In this document: positions 22,500 to 35,102 of the stretch, piece after piece
Position numbering within the stretch: the stretch's first letter is position 1
Layout: each line of letters opens with the position of its first letter
Assembly (NCBI GenBank): GCA_002269645.1
Contig: NIVC01002037.1
Span: 1 to 64,000, forward strand
Origin: Macrostomum lignano
Lineage: Eukaryota
Reading direction: 5' to 3'
DNA: 64,000 nt
The notes under the pieces: generated by a model
Seen by the model: the letters and a program-made list of their open reading frames with translations, nothing else
Told to the model about the DNA's origin: nothing
Databases searched by the model: none
Program-made: the position numbers and the translations under genes

Positions 22500-24810
22500 A
22501 TGCAGCATATGAAGGAAGGTCTCAGTAGTCTATGGCTCTGAGCTGGCAGAGGTTCTCGGACCTGAAAACGTCGGAGAGGTCCGCGTTTGGGCCGAGGTAG
22601 GTGAGCCTGTCCGTAGGTGAGCCTGGGGCGTTCACAGATGAAGTGCTCCGCATTCTCAACACCGGAGGGGCAGAATGGGCATTCCTCATTGCAGATTTTC
22701 CTCTTGAGGTAACAACCGTGACCCGAGAGAGTCATGGTCACCGCCCTGATGTCCCTGCGGTTGAGTCCAAGTAGGGCCCCTCGAAGGGCGGTGGTAAGAC
22801 AGGGGACAGCCGCAGGGATTGCCGGTAGTCTGTGGCGTTAGAGGCATGCAATAGTGGGCTCAGCACCAGGCTTACGAGCTACGGTCTGCGATCCTAAACA
22901 CCTGCACCCCCTCTATTCTGGTGCAGGAATGGCAGGAGAACTCTCTCCAAGCTGACTCACAAGCCGACTCAGGGGTTCACGTTCCGCATGTGTTCAAGGC
23001 AGCTCTAGGGCTGCTGGACTGACTGGGCTCCGGCGGTGGCAACCCATCCGTGGGCTTGGCCGCTTTGGGTACGGGCTCCGCCCGGAAGTGAACCTGTGCG
23101 TATCAGGTACCTCTGGCCACGGCTCTGAGGAACAGGTATCACCCTCTGACTTTAACAGGGTATGCGGCTAGCCCGCAGGCTCCGGGGACAGCTTTTTGTA
23201 GCACCTTGCTGATGGACCTTTGGTTCGGCCTCTGGTTTCTCGAAGCCGGGCTCTTAACCGGGGAGTTTCTCGGTTGCTAGTGAGCCGGTAAGGGTAGCCC
23301 ACCCCCCGATCGCTACCTCTTGGCCTGGCTGTTGGGTTTGGGTTGCGGCGCAGCGTCTTCTCATCTCTAGCCCCCACTCGCCTTTCAGCGACTCATGGAG
23401 TATTCATTTACCTCCGCCACGTCCGAGGCTGCTGGAGCACCAAACAAGGTTGGTACCGCGGCTTAGCCGGACATTCGCAACACCGGAACCTTGGGTGACT
23501 CTTAGTCAGCCCCTACCGCCACTCAGGACAATACCGAAGTAGCTGGACAACAGGACGGCGGACCTCAGACCTCTAAAAAGAAGGCCCTTAGAATTGCTCG
23601 CTACAAAGCTTTTCTCCAGCCCAAAGTGGAGGAACGGAGGAGTGCAAAAGCCGCCCCTCCGGCCGCCTCTGAGGAGGGTGCCGGTAACTCTGCGAATCTC
23701 GGAGAGTGGAGCCGACATCCGACAAGGCCCCTCCCGTGGTGGGACCTCTGCCCGTGTGGAAACTCCCACGGCCGCGGAGAGATCCAAAGCGGGGGACGCT
23801 GGCCAACTCTCCGGAGGAGCACCTCTCCGGTGCTTTGATGCCACGCACAGGTTGATCCGAGTCGTGACAACGGGGGCCACAGACAGGGGACCAGTAAAAG
23901 AACCGGTCGAGCCAGCCTTGGCCAGGCGATCGGCCAACTTGTTGTCGGGGAGGCCCGAGTATCCCGGGATCCACCTTAGGGACACATTGTAGGAGGCGCT
24001 GAAGAGGTTAGGCTGCGCGATGCAGTCTAGGACTGTACGCAAGCAGGTGGTGGTACGTTCAAGTGGATCGTCGCTTGACTGTCTGAGTGGAGGATAATCT
24101 CCTTCCCCCGAACACGCTGATTGTACGGCTCCATGGCGCAGGAGCTGATGTCGAGAACTTCGTTCTGGAACAAAACGGTAGAGCAGGTGCCGATTTGCTG
24201 GGAGAAGGTCTTCGCGGTTCTCCCTCCAGACACGATGCAGTAGCCGTAGCCAGAGGCGGAGTTGATTTGGGACCCGTCAGTGAAGCAATGAGTTTCACGG
24301 GCTTTCCAGTTGTCTCTTGCTTCGTGACGTGGTGGAATGCTGGTTTTCAATTTGAGCGAAGGACAGAGCGAGAACGGGATTGCATCCGAGAGGGTCGACA
24401 GGCCTCCCACTGCTTTAATGTACGGCCGGAGGTTCCGCTTTCTGAAGGCGAGCAGACGGCGGGTGGTCTTCATTGCCTCCCTTCTGACAAAGAGGTCATG
24501 GGGGAAGGTCCAGGAAGGTACTCATGCCAGATAAGGGCGTCATGATAGCTCGACAAGCCCGGCCCTGCACCCTGTTAAGAGCTTCATGAACCCCTTTCAC
24601 CTTCAGGGCACTGTTCGAATGAAGCTGGCAAAAGAGATGCCGGTCTCATAATGGAAGTGTACATCCACCAGAGGCGGCGGGGTGAAGCCACAGCTATAGC
24701 GCCGAGCAAACCCAGGAAGACTTTGAGCCGGCGAAGTACTGCAAGATTTGCCCTCGCAATTTTCACCTCCATTACTTCATTGAAGCATCGGGTGGATATC
24801 AATGCATAGG
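22500..24810 (-). mobile_element. Degenerate 5'-truncated non-LTR retrotransposon (RT thumb, RNase H, C-terminal CCHC; R1/Loa/I-like), interrupted by an oppositely oriented GC-rich segment ~22870-23820
   Basis: RRLWWMYTSIMRP (thumb); FTDGSQ...FQNEV...HSDSQA and LRWIPGYSGLPDNKLADRLAK (RNase H); LNRRDIRAVTMTLSGH...CPFC..ENAEHFIC (zinc knuckle); several frameshifts. Confidence 0.85.
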
Positions 24811-24829
24811 CAATAAGAGAAGCGAGTTG

Positions 24830-25745
24830 CTGTCAAGGAGGTGTCTGAAGCCTGGAGTGGTTCTATCCATCTTCCAGAACTCTCCTACCTACTTTTTATC
24901 TGAAAAGAAGGCACCGCGAGCAACGACAGTGACATCCTGTACGTACGCATCTCAGACGTACTCAGACATGAGCATGGAGAGAGAGAGAGAGCAGAGAGAG
25001 AGAGAGAGACGGAAGAAAGGATTAATGTCTTTCTGGAAGATTACTTTATTGCTGTGACGGACCTTCAGGAGATTCGGCGCAAACTGAGCAGGAAGTGACC
25101 AAGCTAACTGAAGTTCAGACGGCTATCCAGGACCAAAAGCTCTGCGTCTTTATGCTATAGAGATACAGCCAGTGTGTCGTGTTTCTTGCTACATCTGCCT
25201 GGAAGAAGACCTTACTGTCACCTCGCCGGCAGAAGACCAAGACAATGAACTGCCGCTAAAAGCAAGCATGTTCAGTGACCTACTGACTAGAGGAAACACT
25301 TTGACTCTCAGTCAGCCTGTGACTCTCATACTGAGAATAAAGTATTGAACGGAAGATTCCTGCAAGGCCGAGTCGCCACCTGAGACCAAGGTCTCCAGTC
25401 TGCTGGATGCGGTGCAAGACCTCTTGGAGGAAGGAGAAGGGCTGAAGGACAATCGGACTGTGAGCTTTGCGCTGGAGCAGTTGAAGCTGAGCAAGAAGCC
25501 ATCGTGCACAGGATGAGGTACTCCGAGGATCTCCTTGTGTTCTACTTGATACAACATCATGCTTGAGCAGGACGCCACCTGCCTCCCATCTGATCGCACG
25601 CCGATGTCCATCACTGTAAAAGTTGGATCCTCAAGCGGCCTTGACAGCCAAGGGCTACCTTGAACTCTGAGAGCTTCAAAGCTGTCACAGATGGAGAAGG
25701 TCGTGATCCTGGTCATCGACGAGATCTATATCGTCATAATGTTAA
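24830..25745 (+). mobile_element. Degenerate P-element/THAP9-like transposase fragment
   Basis: LKPGVVLSIFQNSPTY resembles the THAP AVPTIF box; LPSDRT...EKVVILVIDEIYI resembles the P-family first catalytic-Asp region; contains stops. Confidence 0.6.
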
Positions 25746-27214
25746 AATTATTATATTAGTAGTAGAAGTGTCTCCAAATGAATCGCTTTTGTATGCTGTT
25801 GGTTGTTAAGACTTTCGTTACAGCCCTCTGAGAGATAAAACGCCCCCTGTTACTAACACAATAGCTGGGAATCGCTGCCAAAATGCGTGTGGGGAGCTTC
25901 CAGTCCAGTGATACTATTTCGAGGAGTCCCTGCTTTGACATACATGCACTCAGCCTATACATGTACACCACCAGGCCGTCTGTCCCAATCTCTAATAAAT
26001 TTGACACTTTCTTTTTCACTAGCCGGCCATAAACTTTCTTTGGGTCAAGAACAGGCTCTCGTGTTGTCTGCTTCTCATTTTAATCGCAGATTGTTGACTC
26101 TTCATCCGGGTCACAGCCTCCTGCCTTTCGCCGAGCTCTAAAAAAGGCTCTACTACCCCTAGAACTGCTTGGCAACAACCGGCTTGATCGTGATAGCGAT
26201 GCTCTTCAGCAAGGCCAAGAAGTGAAACAGGCACGACAATGGCCTGTAAACATTGGCTGTAAACCTTTTTTCGAATCTTTTCCAAAGTAAGGTTAACAGC
26301 TTTTCTAAAGATTGAAAAATGAAAAATGAAATGAAAACTGATCGAAGCCATTTTGACGGCTGAGAAGGACTCAGCAGTCATTTTGCAGTTATTCTCCTTA
26401 AAATAATCGCTCAAATGCTTTTTTACTACTGCTAGTAGTACTCGAAAGAAAACTTTTCCTGCTGCTCGAACGTCCAACAAAACGTTATAAATTATATTAT
26501 TAGTTCTTACAGCTCGGCCGGCAGATTCACGTCAAGCCAGTCAGTCAACTCGTTGATTAGCCATCCGCCCTGGAAGAATCGGCATGGAAGACCCAGTTTT
26601 CCCCAACCCGGCTTTCCTGCTATTCCAATATCATTCATCACGTATGAACGTATGTGCGTTTTAAATCGTTTCATAAGTACCGACAATTGAAATATAAAAA
26701 ACGCATTGAGCCTTCAAAGAAGCTAACTTTAGTTACCATGAATTAGTTAAACTCCCAAGAATCGAAAGATTCAAGGTTCCTTTGGTTTGGTGAGATTTGA
26801 AGCATAGTATCAGGAACTGCAAGTCTTTAAATTCGATGAAATCAATATTTCGCGCTTGTGATCTTGAATGTCCAGGTTCACCCTTAGGGACTGCACTGAT
26901 TGCAGAACAACTAAACAGAATGCCACTGTAAATGCTGTTATTAAATTTAGAAAGTCAACCTAATGATGATTATCAGTTTGCCATCCAGGGTCAGAAGCTA
27001 TCTAGCCATTCACTTGATGTTTTTGCGCAGATGGCGTTTCCTGCCATACACGAATTTCTGCAAGCATCGCAAGTATTTGTTTATTTCGCAGAACATTTCT
27101 GCCTATGAAAGTTTGGTGCTTCTTCGCAGATAGAGACAAAAAGTTAACTATATCAGTGCCTGATGACGCCTTGTATTGATTCATTTTCTGGTTCCAAATC
27201 TTCTTTTTTAAAGC

Positions 27215-27925
27215 GTCACGTCGACAAAGATGACTTAAGTAGAAGGACGGGCAACCTCATCATTTCTAGGAAAATGTTTGAAGGCAGGCTTTTCCGATAA
27301 AATACACTACGGAGATAGGAAGTTTTCATTATTTCAACACAAAAATTGTTTTTGCTTTTGATAGGAGGCAGATCCAGTGTTCATCTTTTGATATGTTGTG
27401 CTTGTCTTATTGCTCTATCGATATTTATAAAGCTTTTCGTTTAAAGAATTAGGATTCTATGTTAATTTTTACTCTACGTAATTTTCCTGCACTTAACAAT
27501 CATAAAATGCATGGCACAGCTCCAATCTTTGGATTTATGAATCTATTTTATCATCTCTGTTACACATATTTGTTACACAGTCAGCTAAGAATGATAAAAT
27601 AGACTCATAAAACCAAAGAGCTGAGCCGTGCCATTTTAATGGTTTTTTAGGCACAAGACACGTGCAAATGTACGTAGAATAAAAATTAACATAGAATCCT
27701 AATTCTTTAAACGAAAAGCTTTACAAATATCGATAGAGCAATAAGACAGGCACAGCATATCAAAAGATGAACACTGGATCTGCCTCCTATCAAAAGCAAT
27801 AACAATTTTTGTGCTGAAAAAAAGAAAACTTCCTATCTCCGTAGTGTATTTTTTCGTGAAAAACCTGCCTCCAAAAATTTTCTAAGAAACGAGGTCCTTA
27901 TACTTAAGTCGTCCTTGCACGTCGA
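27215..27925. mobile_element. Foldback/MITE-like element with ~260-bp inverted arms and ~190-bp spacer
   Basis: 27361-27480 is the near-exact reverse complement of ~27670-27790; similarity extends outward to gatgacttaagtagaaggac / gtccttatacttaagtcgtc. Confidence 0.8.
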
Positions 27926-28743
27926 GTGGGCTCAGTTAGCATTACTTTATTAACATTTCTGTATCCTCAACGAGACTTAAAAAGAAGCAGTGCTTGGACT
28001 GTGAAACCTACATTGTTTCGCATATTCGTACAAAACGCGTACATTTGTTAGGGCTTGGCCATTCCTTCTTTGGTCAGCTCGAGCGCTGCGTCAGAGCGTA
28101 AATTTATAAGCTATTTAGTTGCTGCCTAGCAGAACTCCAGCCACCAATACTATCTTCATTTTGAGAGCTCGCTATTCGAGCAAAATAGCATTTCAAATTT
28201 GGAGTTGTCTATCTATCTCGGCTCAAGAGAGTCGTTATCTAACTTGGGTAGTTATATAGCTAGAGCTATATACTACACTGCACAGATATGTGCGCTGGCA
28301 CACGCCATTTACGCTTCGGGCTATTTGCTAATTTGTAAATATGTACGCGCTTGAAATGCTCGCAATTGTTCAATAGAGAGAGGGAGAGACCAGGTGGGGA
28401 GAGACGTAGAGAAGAGATCAGCATAGTTACGCTGTATGTAATTCGCAGGGCGTTGAGGCGGGTGGACAACCATTCCGCAGCGCGATGGTTTATAATAATA
28501 AAATGCATACAAGTCATTTATAGAACCCCTGTTTTCTTTTTGAATGCATTGGGTCTGCGCCCTCTGCGTGCGGCTGTGTGCGCGATATCAGAGAGTACTC
28601 ACTCTGCAATAGCGAGAAGAGGGGACTCTTTCGTGCGGCTATTTCCACAACTATTTTCTACTGCGCATATTTACCGTATACGTTGCTTTGCTGCGTCTGT
28701 TGCGGCAAAATCTTATTAAACTGCTACGCCAGACTTGCCCTTG

Positions 28744-30079
28744 ATGTTCAAATCGTTTCGACAGCGGATGTCGCAGTCAGGCGGCTCCCGACATAGCGTC
28801 ATAGACGATGCGACCACCGAACGAAGTCGTGTCAACTCAGTGGAACTCGGCGACGGCCTGGACAGTTTGGAGGGCGACAGCGACGATCCGTTCGACTCCA
28901 GCCTGGACCGACGGACCAGGAGTCATTGGCGATCGTCCAGCGAAGAACGAAGCAAAGTTCGCCGACTTCACAGCGCCTCATCGGCTGTCACAGTTGACAG
29001 AATGGACCCGGCGACGGCCAGCAACACCGCGGCCTCAGGCCAGCCGCTCGGTTTGAAGCAGCGCGCCAAAAATTTTCTCTTCCGTCGACGATCCTTCAGC
29101 TCGCTGGACACGCACAAGATCGACGGCAGGCCGGCCCGCATCGACCCCAAGCTGGTGAGCAACTACGCCAAAAGGCATCACAGCGACGACTGCATGCTGG
29201 ACGCCGGAGATCGCGAACCGGACAGCCGGACAGGACAGAGTGGCAGCGCAACTGGCGGCGAAGGCGGGCTCGGCCTAGACAGCAGCGCGTCGGCCGGAAA
29301 GAAGAAAAGCAAATTCAGCCGGTCATTGAATTTGTTCACCTCAATGCGGCATCGATCCAGGTCGCGCGATGCGACGCATCGAAAACCTGAGAGCGGCAGA
29401 GTATCCACTAGCGGCGGCTCCTCGGACGGTGGCTGGACTGACGCCAGCGGGCCAGTCGACAGCGGCAGCGCCATCGGCAGCGAAGGCCCCGGACAAAGTG
29501 CAACTCTTGGACGGCGCGGACACCGCAACAGCGAGCAGTACATGGCGCCACCCCCTACGCAGCAAAGGCAGCAGAGGCAGCCGCAGAGGCCCTACCAGCC
29601 GCCGTATCCGCCATACCAGCAACGTCAGGTAAGCAGTGCGAGCGCCCTGGCAACTAATCTGGATGAAATTAGCGGCTTCTGTCTAGAGAGGCACCAGCTG
29701 AGAAGTCGCGTTGGCGAGGTGCTGGCGAGCTGGCCAGTCGTGCCGCTGGAGGCCGTGTCGCCTTGGCTGGTTGGCGGCAGCGGCCGCGGCGGTGGTGGCA
29801 AGAGTAAACGCCTGTCCATGGCCTTCAAAAAGGGATCGATCTTTGCATCGGCATCGCCGTCTTCCTCATCCGGCCCGTCAACACCGTCGGGCTCGTTATC
29901 GTCCGCAGTGTTCAGCGGCGGCACTGGCGGCAGCAACTTGTCAAGCGTGAGCCAGTTCTCTGGCAGCACGGCGGAGCAGCTCAACCTGCTGTGCCAGCAG
30001 TTCAATCAAGCTGTAACACTGCGCAAGAGCTACCGCGGCAAGGATCATCTTGCGGCGCGTCTTCCTCGACGGTCTAGCG
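28744..30079 (+). CDS. Uncharacterised Ser/Gly-rich low-complexity protein, exon 1
   Basis: 482-codon GC-rich ORF; first ATG 28744; donor G|gtgagc at 30080. Confidence 0.65.
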
Positions 30080-31097
30080 GTGAGCTAACGATTTTTTGTT
30101 ATAACACAGGCTCATCAACATTAAAAAGTCGCCACCTTGGAGAGTGCGCAGTAAACTCCAGCTCAGTATTGACTTTTCAGTGACTCAACTTGCGCTACGC
30201 AACGCAGAGTTGGGCTGGGTGAGAAGGGATTGGGAAGAGCGGAGAGGGAAGATTGGATGGATTGAAGCTTCCACCCGGTTTTCATTGTTTTTTCAAGCAT
30301 TTTTAAATATCAAAATGATTGGCCAGCTGATAAACGCTGATAAACTCACTGGGGCAAAGGGTGGCGACTTTTCAATTTTGCTGAGTATAGATTTGCATGT
30401 ACATAGCATTTTACATGCTAGTTAGTAATTGCGTGCATTCGTCAGATAAAGTCTAGAGAAAAGACGTCAATGAAGATTTGGAAGAAAAAATTCGCTCAAG
30501 TTTACTGGTTTACCTGTCACAGTTGGTGTTGGATATATGCCACCTTGTGATTTAAACTTGCAATGTCCTTAAACTTCTTTGTTGGCGTATAAAGTTCAAG
30601 AACCGGTCTGTCCAATCTCTTCTCTATATACTAATTTTGCGCTGTATTCGTGCGTGCGTGCGTGTAATTGATTTTTTCGAGAACGGCTCAACCGATTCTC
30701 TTCAAACTTGCACCATTCGATCAGAAATTTTCCTGGGATGTTGAATGCATCTTGGCTAAGAAATTGAGCAATATTAAATGGATTAAATATTCGAAAAACA
30801 TGATTTTCTGCAAAGGTCAAGCAGCTCTTTCGACCTGAAATGCATTGTAAGAATGCTAGAGAAAAACCTGACTGACTGAATTTCAATTCTGATAAAGATT
30901 GCATCACAACAAGATGAAAACAGTGCCAAAGAAATGCACACACGACTTGATTTAAATTGCGTAACCATATTTCTAACTTAAATTGAGACTGATACTGGCT
31001 GACTGAGAAATTGATTATGTCATAACTTTTTACTCTAACCGATTTGCTATAAGAATTGAATTATAAGGGCCACAATTCATGCTCTCCAATCGACAAG

Positions 31098-31163
31098 AGA
31101 TAGCCTAGATGCGATCAGACTGGACTGCTAATTCAGCGACCTGGGTTCGAATCTTAGTAGTGC
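31098..31163 (+). pseudogene. tRNA-like sequence (anticodon GCT), probably a pseudogene or SINE head
   Basis: A-box-like tagcctagatg; anticodon arm ctgga-ctgctaa-ttcag; T arm ctggg-ttcgaat-cttag; acceptor stem does not pair and there is no long variable arm. Confidence 0.5.
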
Positions 31164-31199
31164 AAAATAATTTTTTTATTAAAACATCTTAAAAACAAA

Positions 31200-31555
31200 A
31201 TGCTGAACATAAAAGAGCCACCATGTCAAACAAAAGTGGCACCATTTCAAACATTAAAGGCCACAATGTCAAACATATATGACTCCATGTCTAACATTAA
31301 AGAGCCACCATGTCGAACATAAAAGAGCCACTATGTCAAACATCAACGAGTCACCATGTCAAGCGTACATACATGACTTCATTTCAGACATTAAAGTGCC
31401 ACCATGTCAAATATTAAAGAGCCACCATGTCAAGCGTATAAGTGACTCCATGTCAGACATTAAAGAGCCATCATTGCATACATTAAAGTGCCACCAGGTC
31501 AAACATTAAAAAGCCACAATGTCAAACACAAAACAGCTACCATGTCAAACATAAA
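31200..31555. repeat. Degenerate ~23-bp repeat (attaaagagccaccatgtcaaac)n
   Basis: Recurring aaagagccaccatgtcaa. Confidence 0.75.
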
Positions 31556-31559
31556 TGGG

Positions 31560-32390
31560 GTGCCTACTATCTTGGAGTGCTTGCTATCTGGAGATGCGTG
31601 CTATCTGGGGGTGCTTGCTATCTGGGGGTGCTTGCTATCTGGGGGTGCTTGCTATCTGGGGGTGCTTGCTATCTGGGGGTGCTTGCTATCTGGGGGTGCT
31701 TGCTATCTGGGGGTGCTTGCTATCTAAGGGTGCTTGCTATTAGGTGGATGCTTGCTATCTGGGGTGCCTGCTATCTTGGAGTGCTTGCTATCTGGAGATG
31801 CGTGCTATCTGGGGGTGCTTGCTATCTGGGGGGGGGATGCTTGCTATCTTGGGGGTTCTAGCTATCTGGGGGTGCTTGCTATTAGGTGGATGCTTGCTAT
31901 CTGGGGTGCCTGCTATCTGAGGGTGCTTGCTATCTGGGGGTGCTTGCTATCTAAGGGTGCTTGCTAACTGGGGGTGCTTGCTTTCTAAGGGTGCTTGCTA
32001 TTAGGTGGATGCTTGCTATCTGGGTTGCCTGCTATCTGGGGGTGCTTGCTATCTGGAGATGCTTGCTATCTGGGGGTGCTTGCTATCTGGGGGTGCTTGC
32101 TATCTGGGGGTGCTTGCTATCTGGGGGTGCTTGCTATCTGGGGGTGCTTGCTTTCTAAGGGTGCTTGCTATTAGGTGGATGCTTGCTATCTTGGGGTGCT
32201 TGCTATTAGGTGGATGCTTTGCTATCTGGGGTGCCTGCTATCTGGGGGTGCTTGCTATCTGGAGATGCTTGCTATCTGGGGGTGCTTGCTATCTGGGGGT
32301 GCTTGCTATCTGGGGGTGCTTGCTATCTGGGGGTGCTTGCTATCTGGGGGTGCTTGCTATCTGGGGGTGCTTGCTATCTGGGGGGTTGCT
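31560..32390. repeat. 17-bp minisatellite (gggggtgcttgctatct)n
   Basis: Unit read directly. Confidence 0.95.
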
Positions 32391-32513
32391 TGCTGTCCTA
32401 GGATGTTTTCTTTTTGCATTGCACTTCATTTGAGCAGTTTTTCTATTGTCTATGTGAAGACTTTTTTGGCCGTCTTTTTGATACTTGTAGAGAGCCAGAG
32501 ATTCTATCTAGAT

Positions 32514-32544
32514 GCCCCCCATCGGGGGGGCGAAGATTGCTAGT
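32514..32544 (+). mobile_element. Helitron-type 3' end (GC hairpin plus CTAG|T)
   Basis: gcccccc-atc-gggggggc then gaagattg-CTAG-t. Confidence 0.55.
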
Positions 32545-32715
32545 TAAAACTAAAAAGTGAACAGTTGCTACAAAATCCGACCATGAAATAATTTGGGAAT
32601 TGTTTTAGTCTGTTGGGTTGTTATCTTGTATCGTTGGATATCGTTGTTGCGACTGTTGAAGCAAAGTCCCCTCATGTTCGATTCCACTCATGCGCAAGGT
32701 AAAATCACGATAAAG

Positions 32716-32884
32716 GCAGAGCCGCTATCAGAAAGACTATAACATTCAATCTGTTGCTCCATTTCAAAGGCCACTGGAGCAGTTCCTCCGGATCGAGCAG
32801 TCGAACAACAGCGGAATCAAGGTCTTTCACCAAGCAGGCGTCGAACTCTACCACTGCATCAAAGGATTCCGCGTTGGAGTTAAA
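32716..32884 (+). CDS. Possible internal exon of the same gene
   Basis: Phase-1 aag acceptor and phase-2 AA|gtgagt donor would bridge the flanking exons; the acceptor is weak. Confidence 0.35.
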
Positions 32885-32975
32885 GTGAGTCACTACTCCG
32901 CTCTCCTATCGATAAATTTCTACCGCCAGTTCTAACTAATTTACTGCCAATAATGCTGCACTATAAACTCTTCAG

Positions 32976-34254
32976 CAACAACAAATTCAGGTTCGATGAG
33001 CAGGGCGGAAACAGTCGCCGACAGAGTCCTTCGCAAGCCTCGTCGTCGCCAAATGAGGCATTCAGCCATCAGCATCAGTATCAGCAGCAGCAGCATCATC
33101 AACCTCATCAGCATCCAGACTATGCGGCGCACCATCGCTTCAACAATAATCGTCATCATCAGCAGTCACCCAGCTTTCTCTTTCCACCATCCGGACTGAG
33201 TTCTCAAACTTCTGAAGGTCAACGAAACTTGGCACAGTACCAGGTGAACCGTTCAATACAGCAGCAGCAGCAGCAGCAGCATCAACAAGCAACCGCTGGA
33301 TCATCAACTGCCCATGGATACGAGAACATTCCGCCGAATTTTTCCCTCGTCGGCGTCTCAAATGAACCACACGATGAAGTTCCCGCACCGATGCCACCCA
33401 GACGATCGACAAGTCTTCGTCAGAGCAACGAATCCATCAACAGGCTCGCGGTGCCGCCAACTGCCGCTGACGTGGCGCAGATTTCGCCCACCTACCTGAA
33501 CCACATGGTGCTGAGCGGCCCGCCCTCGTCAATGCCAGCAGCCTCTTCTTCGGCCTCCTCTCAGCCGATGACGACATCAATGACGAGTTCGGTGACCGGA
33601 ACAAAGCCGCAGTTAGACCAGATCTCGGAGTCTCCCGACGACGAAGCGGCCGAGGCGACTGTTCCGTCAGAGTCGTCACCGCCGATGCCGCCGCCTCAGC
33701 TGCCGGAGCGGACCTCCCTGAGGCTGCCATACAGCAGACTGCCTCGACCAGCGTCCATTTCTGGCGACGCTCAGCAGCAGCCCGACAGCCCCGGCAACGG
33801 CAGCTATCAAGTGTGGCGCGGAGCCCTGCCCTATTCTACCCAGTCGCCGTCGTCCTCCTCGTCCTCGCTGGCGCAGACCTCATCGGCGGCGCCTCCCCGG
33901 CCTCGGCCGCCGCTGTTGCCAACCGCCGACAGCGCCAAGATTGTGCGCGAGGCGCGCGCCAAGCTGAGCCAGCTTAATCGGCTCAGCGCCGAGCTGGCCA
34001 AGCGGCAACAGCTGCCGGCGCCGCCGCCGGCCGTCTGTCCGTTTGACGCCCTGTCGATGGGCCAGGTCTCGTCGTCGCCGATATCGGCGGTCCCAAGTGC
34101 AGCGGTGAGGTCGTCGCCGTCCAACGCAAATGGAGCAGCGAATGTCGGAGACGCGGCTGCGGCGAGCTGGCGGAACAGTCTGCTTCTGCAAGACGAGCTG
34201 GCAGTGCGGGAATACCTGAAGGGTCTGACCACGGCTTGCTCTACTGACTACTAG
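32976..34254 (+). CDS. Uncharacterised Pro/Ser/Gln-rich protein, probable terminal exon
   Basis: 433-codon ORF; phase-2 acceptors ttcag at 32975 or 32990; stop at 34254. Confidence 0.6.
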
Positions 34255-34574
34255 ACAAGTAGCTCAATACGCGTGGCTGAATATTTATATCACTATCAGT
34301 TTTAGAATAGAAAATCTAATCCTTAAGTTTAGGGCCTAGTAAAAGTCGCTGTATTATGAACATAGCTTGGGATGTCTACTTAACAATCAAATTACTAGAC
34401 TCTTAGCTACAGGGAACTCTGGGCGTTCGGCTGCACCGTGTGGAGGCGTCACTGCCCATTCCACTAAGCCCTGGCGATCAAGGGAACCAAATTCTGCGGT
34501 TTCCGCAGCGACTGTCGCCCCTCGGAGAATCCAAGAGGTGAACGGTCGCTACCCCGGTAGCTGCTTGCCGCTCT

Positions 34575-35102
34575 GGGGGGTGTTTCTCGAAACTCACGTA
34601 AGTTCTATGGTAAGTTAGATCGTAAGAAAGAAATTTACGTGTTGCGTAAGTTTGCTCGTAAGACGCTTTCTCAAAACTCACTTAGACTTTGCGTGGCTTA
34701 CGCTGTTCGTAAGTCGTATCTGAAACGAAAAGTTGCATGTCTATGGTCATAAATCTGCAAATATCTTTCCTTAGTCTATCGTAAGTTGCTTTCGAGAAAG
34801 ACCCACCTTCGATAAAGTTTTACTTGACTTGGCTTGACTAAAGCTTCACGTACTATGCGATTAGTGCTTAAGTGCGTCTTACGACTGATACCGAGCAGTC
34901 GTAGGGTTAAGATCAACCTTACGAAAGACCATAGACATACGAACGTTTCGAGAAACAGTCTTTTGCGCAAAGTTACGAACACGTAAAGTTGCGATCAATC
35001 TTACGCATAGCTAACTTGCGAGCCCTTCGAGCAACCCGTAAGTGTAGCTTCCCCAACTTACGTCTATGGTCGATCGTAAGTTGCTTTCGAGAAAGACCCC
35101 CC
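34575..35102. mobile_element. MITE-like element with GGG-starting TIRs (PIF/Harbinger-like), with an internal extra right-end copy
   Basis: Left ggggggtgtttctcgaaa, right tttcgagaaagacccccc; internal tttcgagaaagacccacc ending ~34809; many cgtaag/cttacg motifs; no clean TSD. Confidence 0.65.

Noticed and set aside
22900-23395. Possible HDV-like ribozyme in the retroelement 5' UTR-like segment
   Set aside because: Could not build the nested double pseudoknot by eye; needs an RNArobo/Infernal scan
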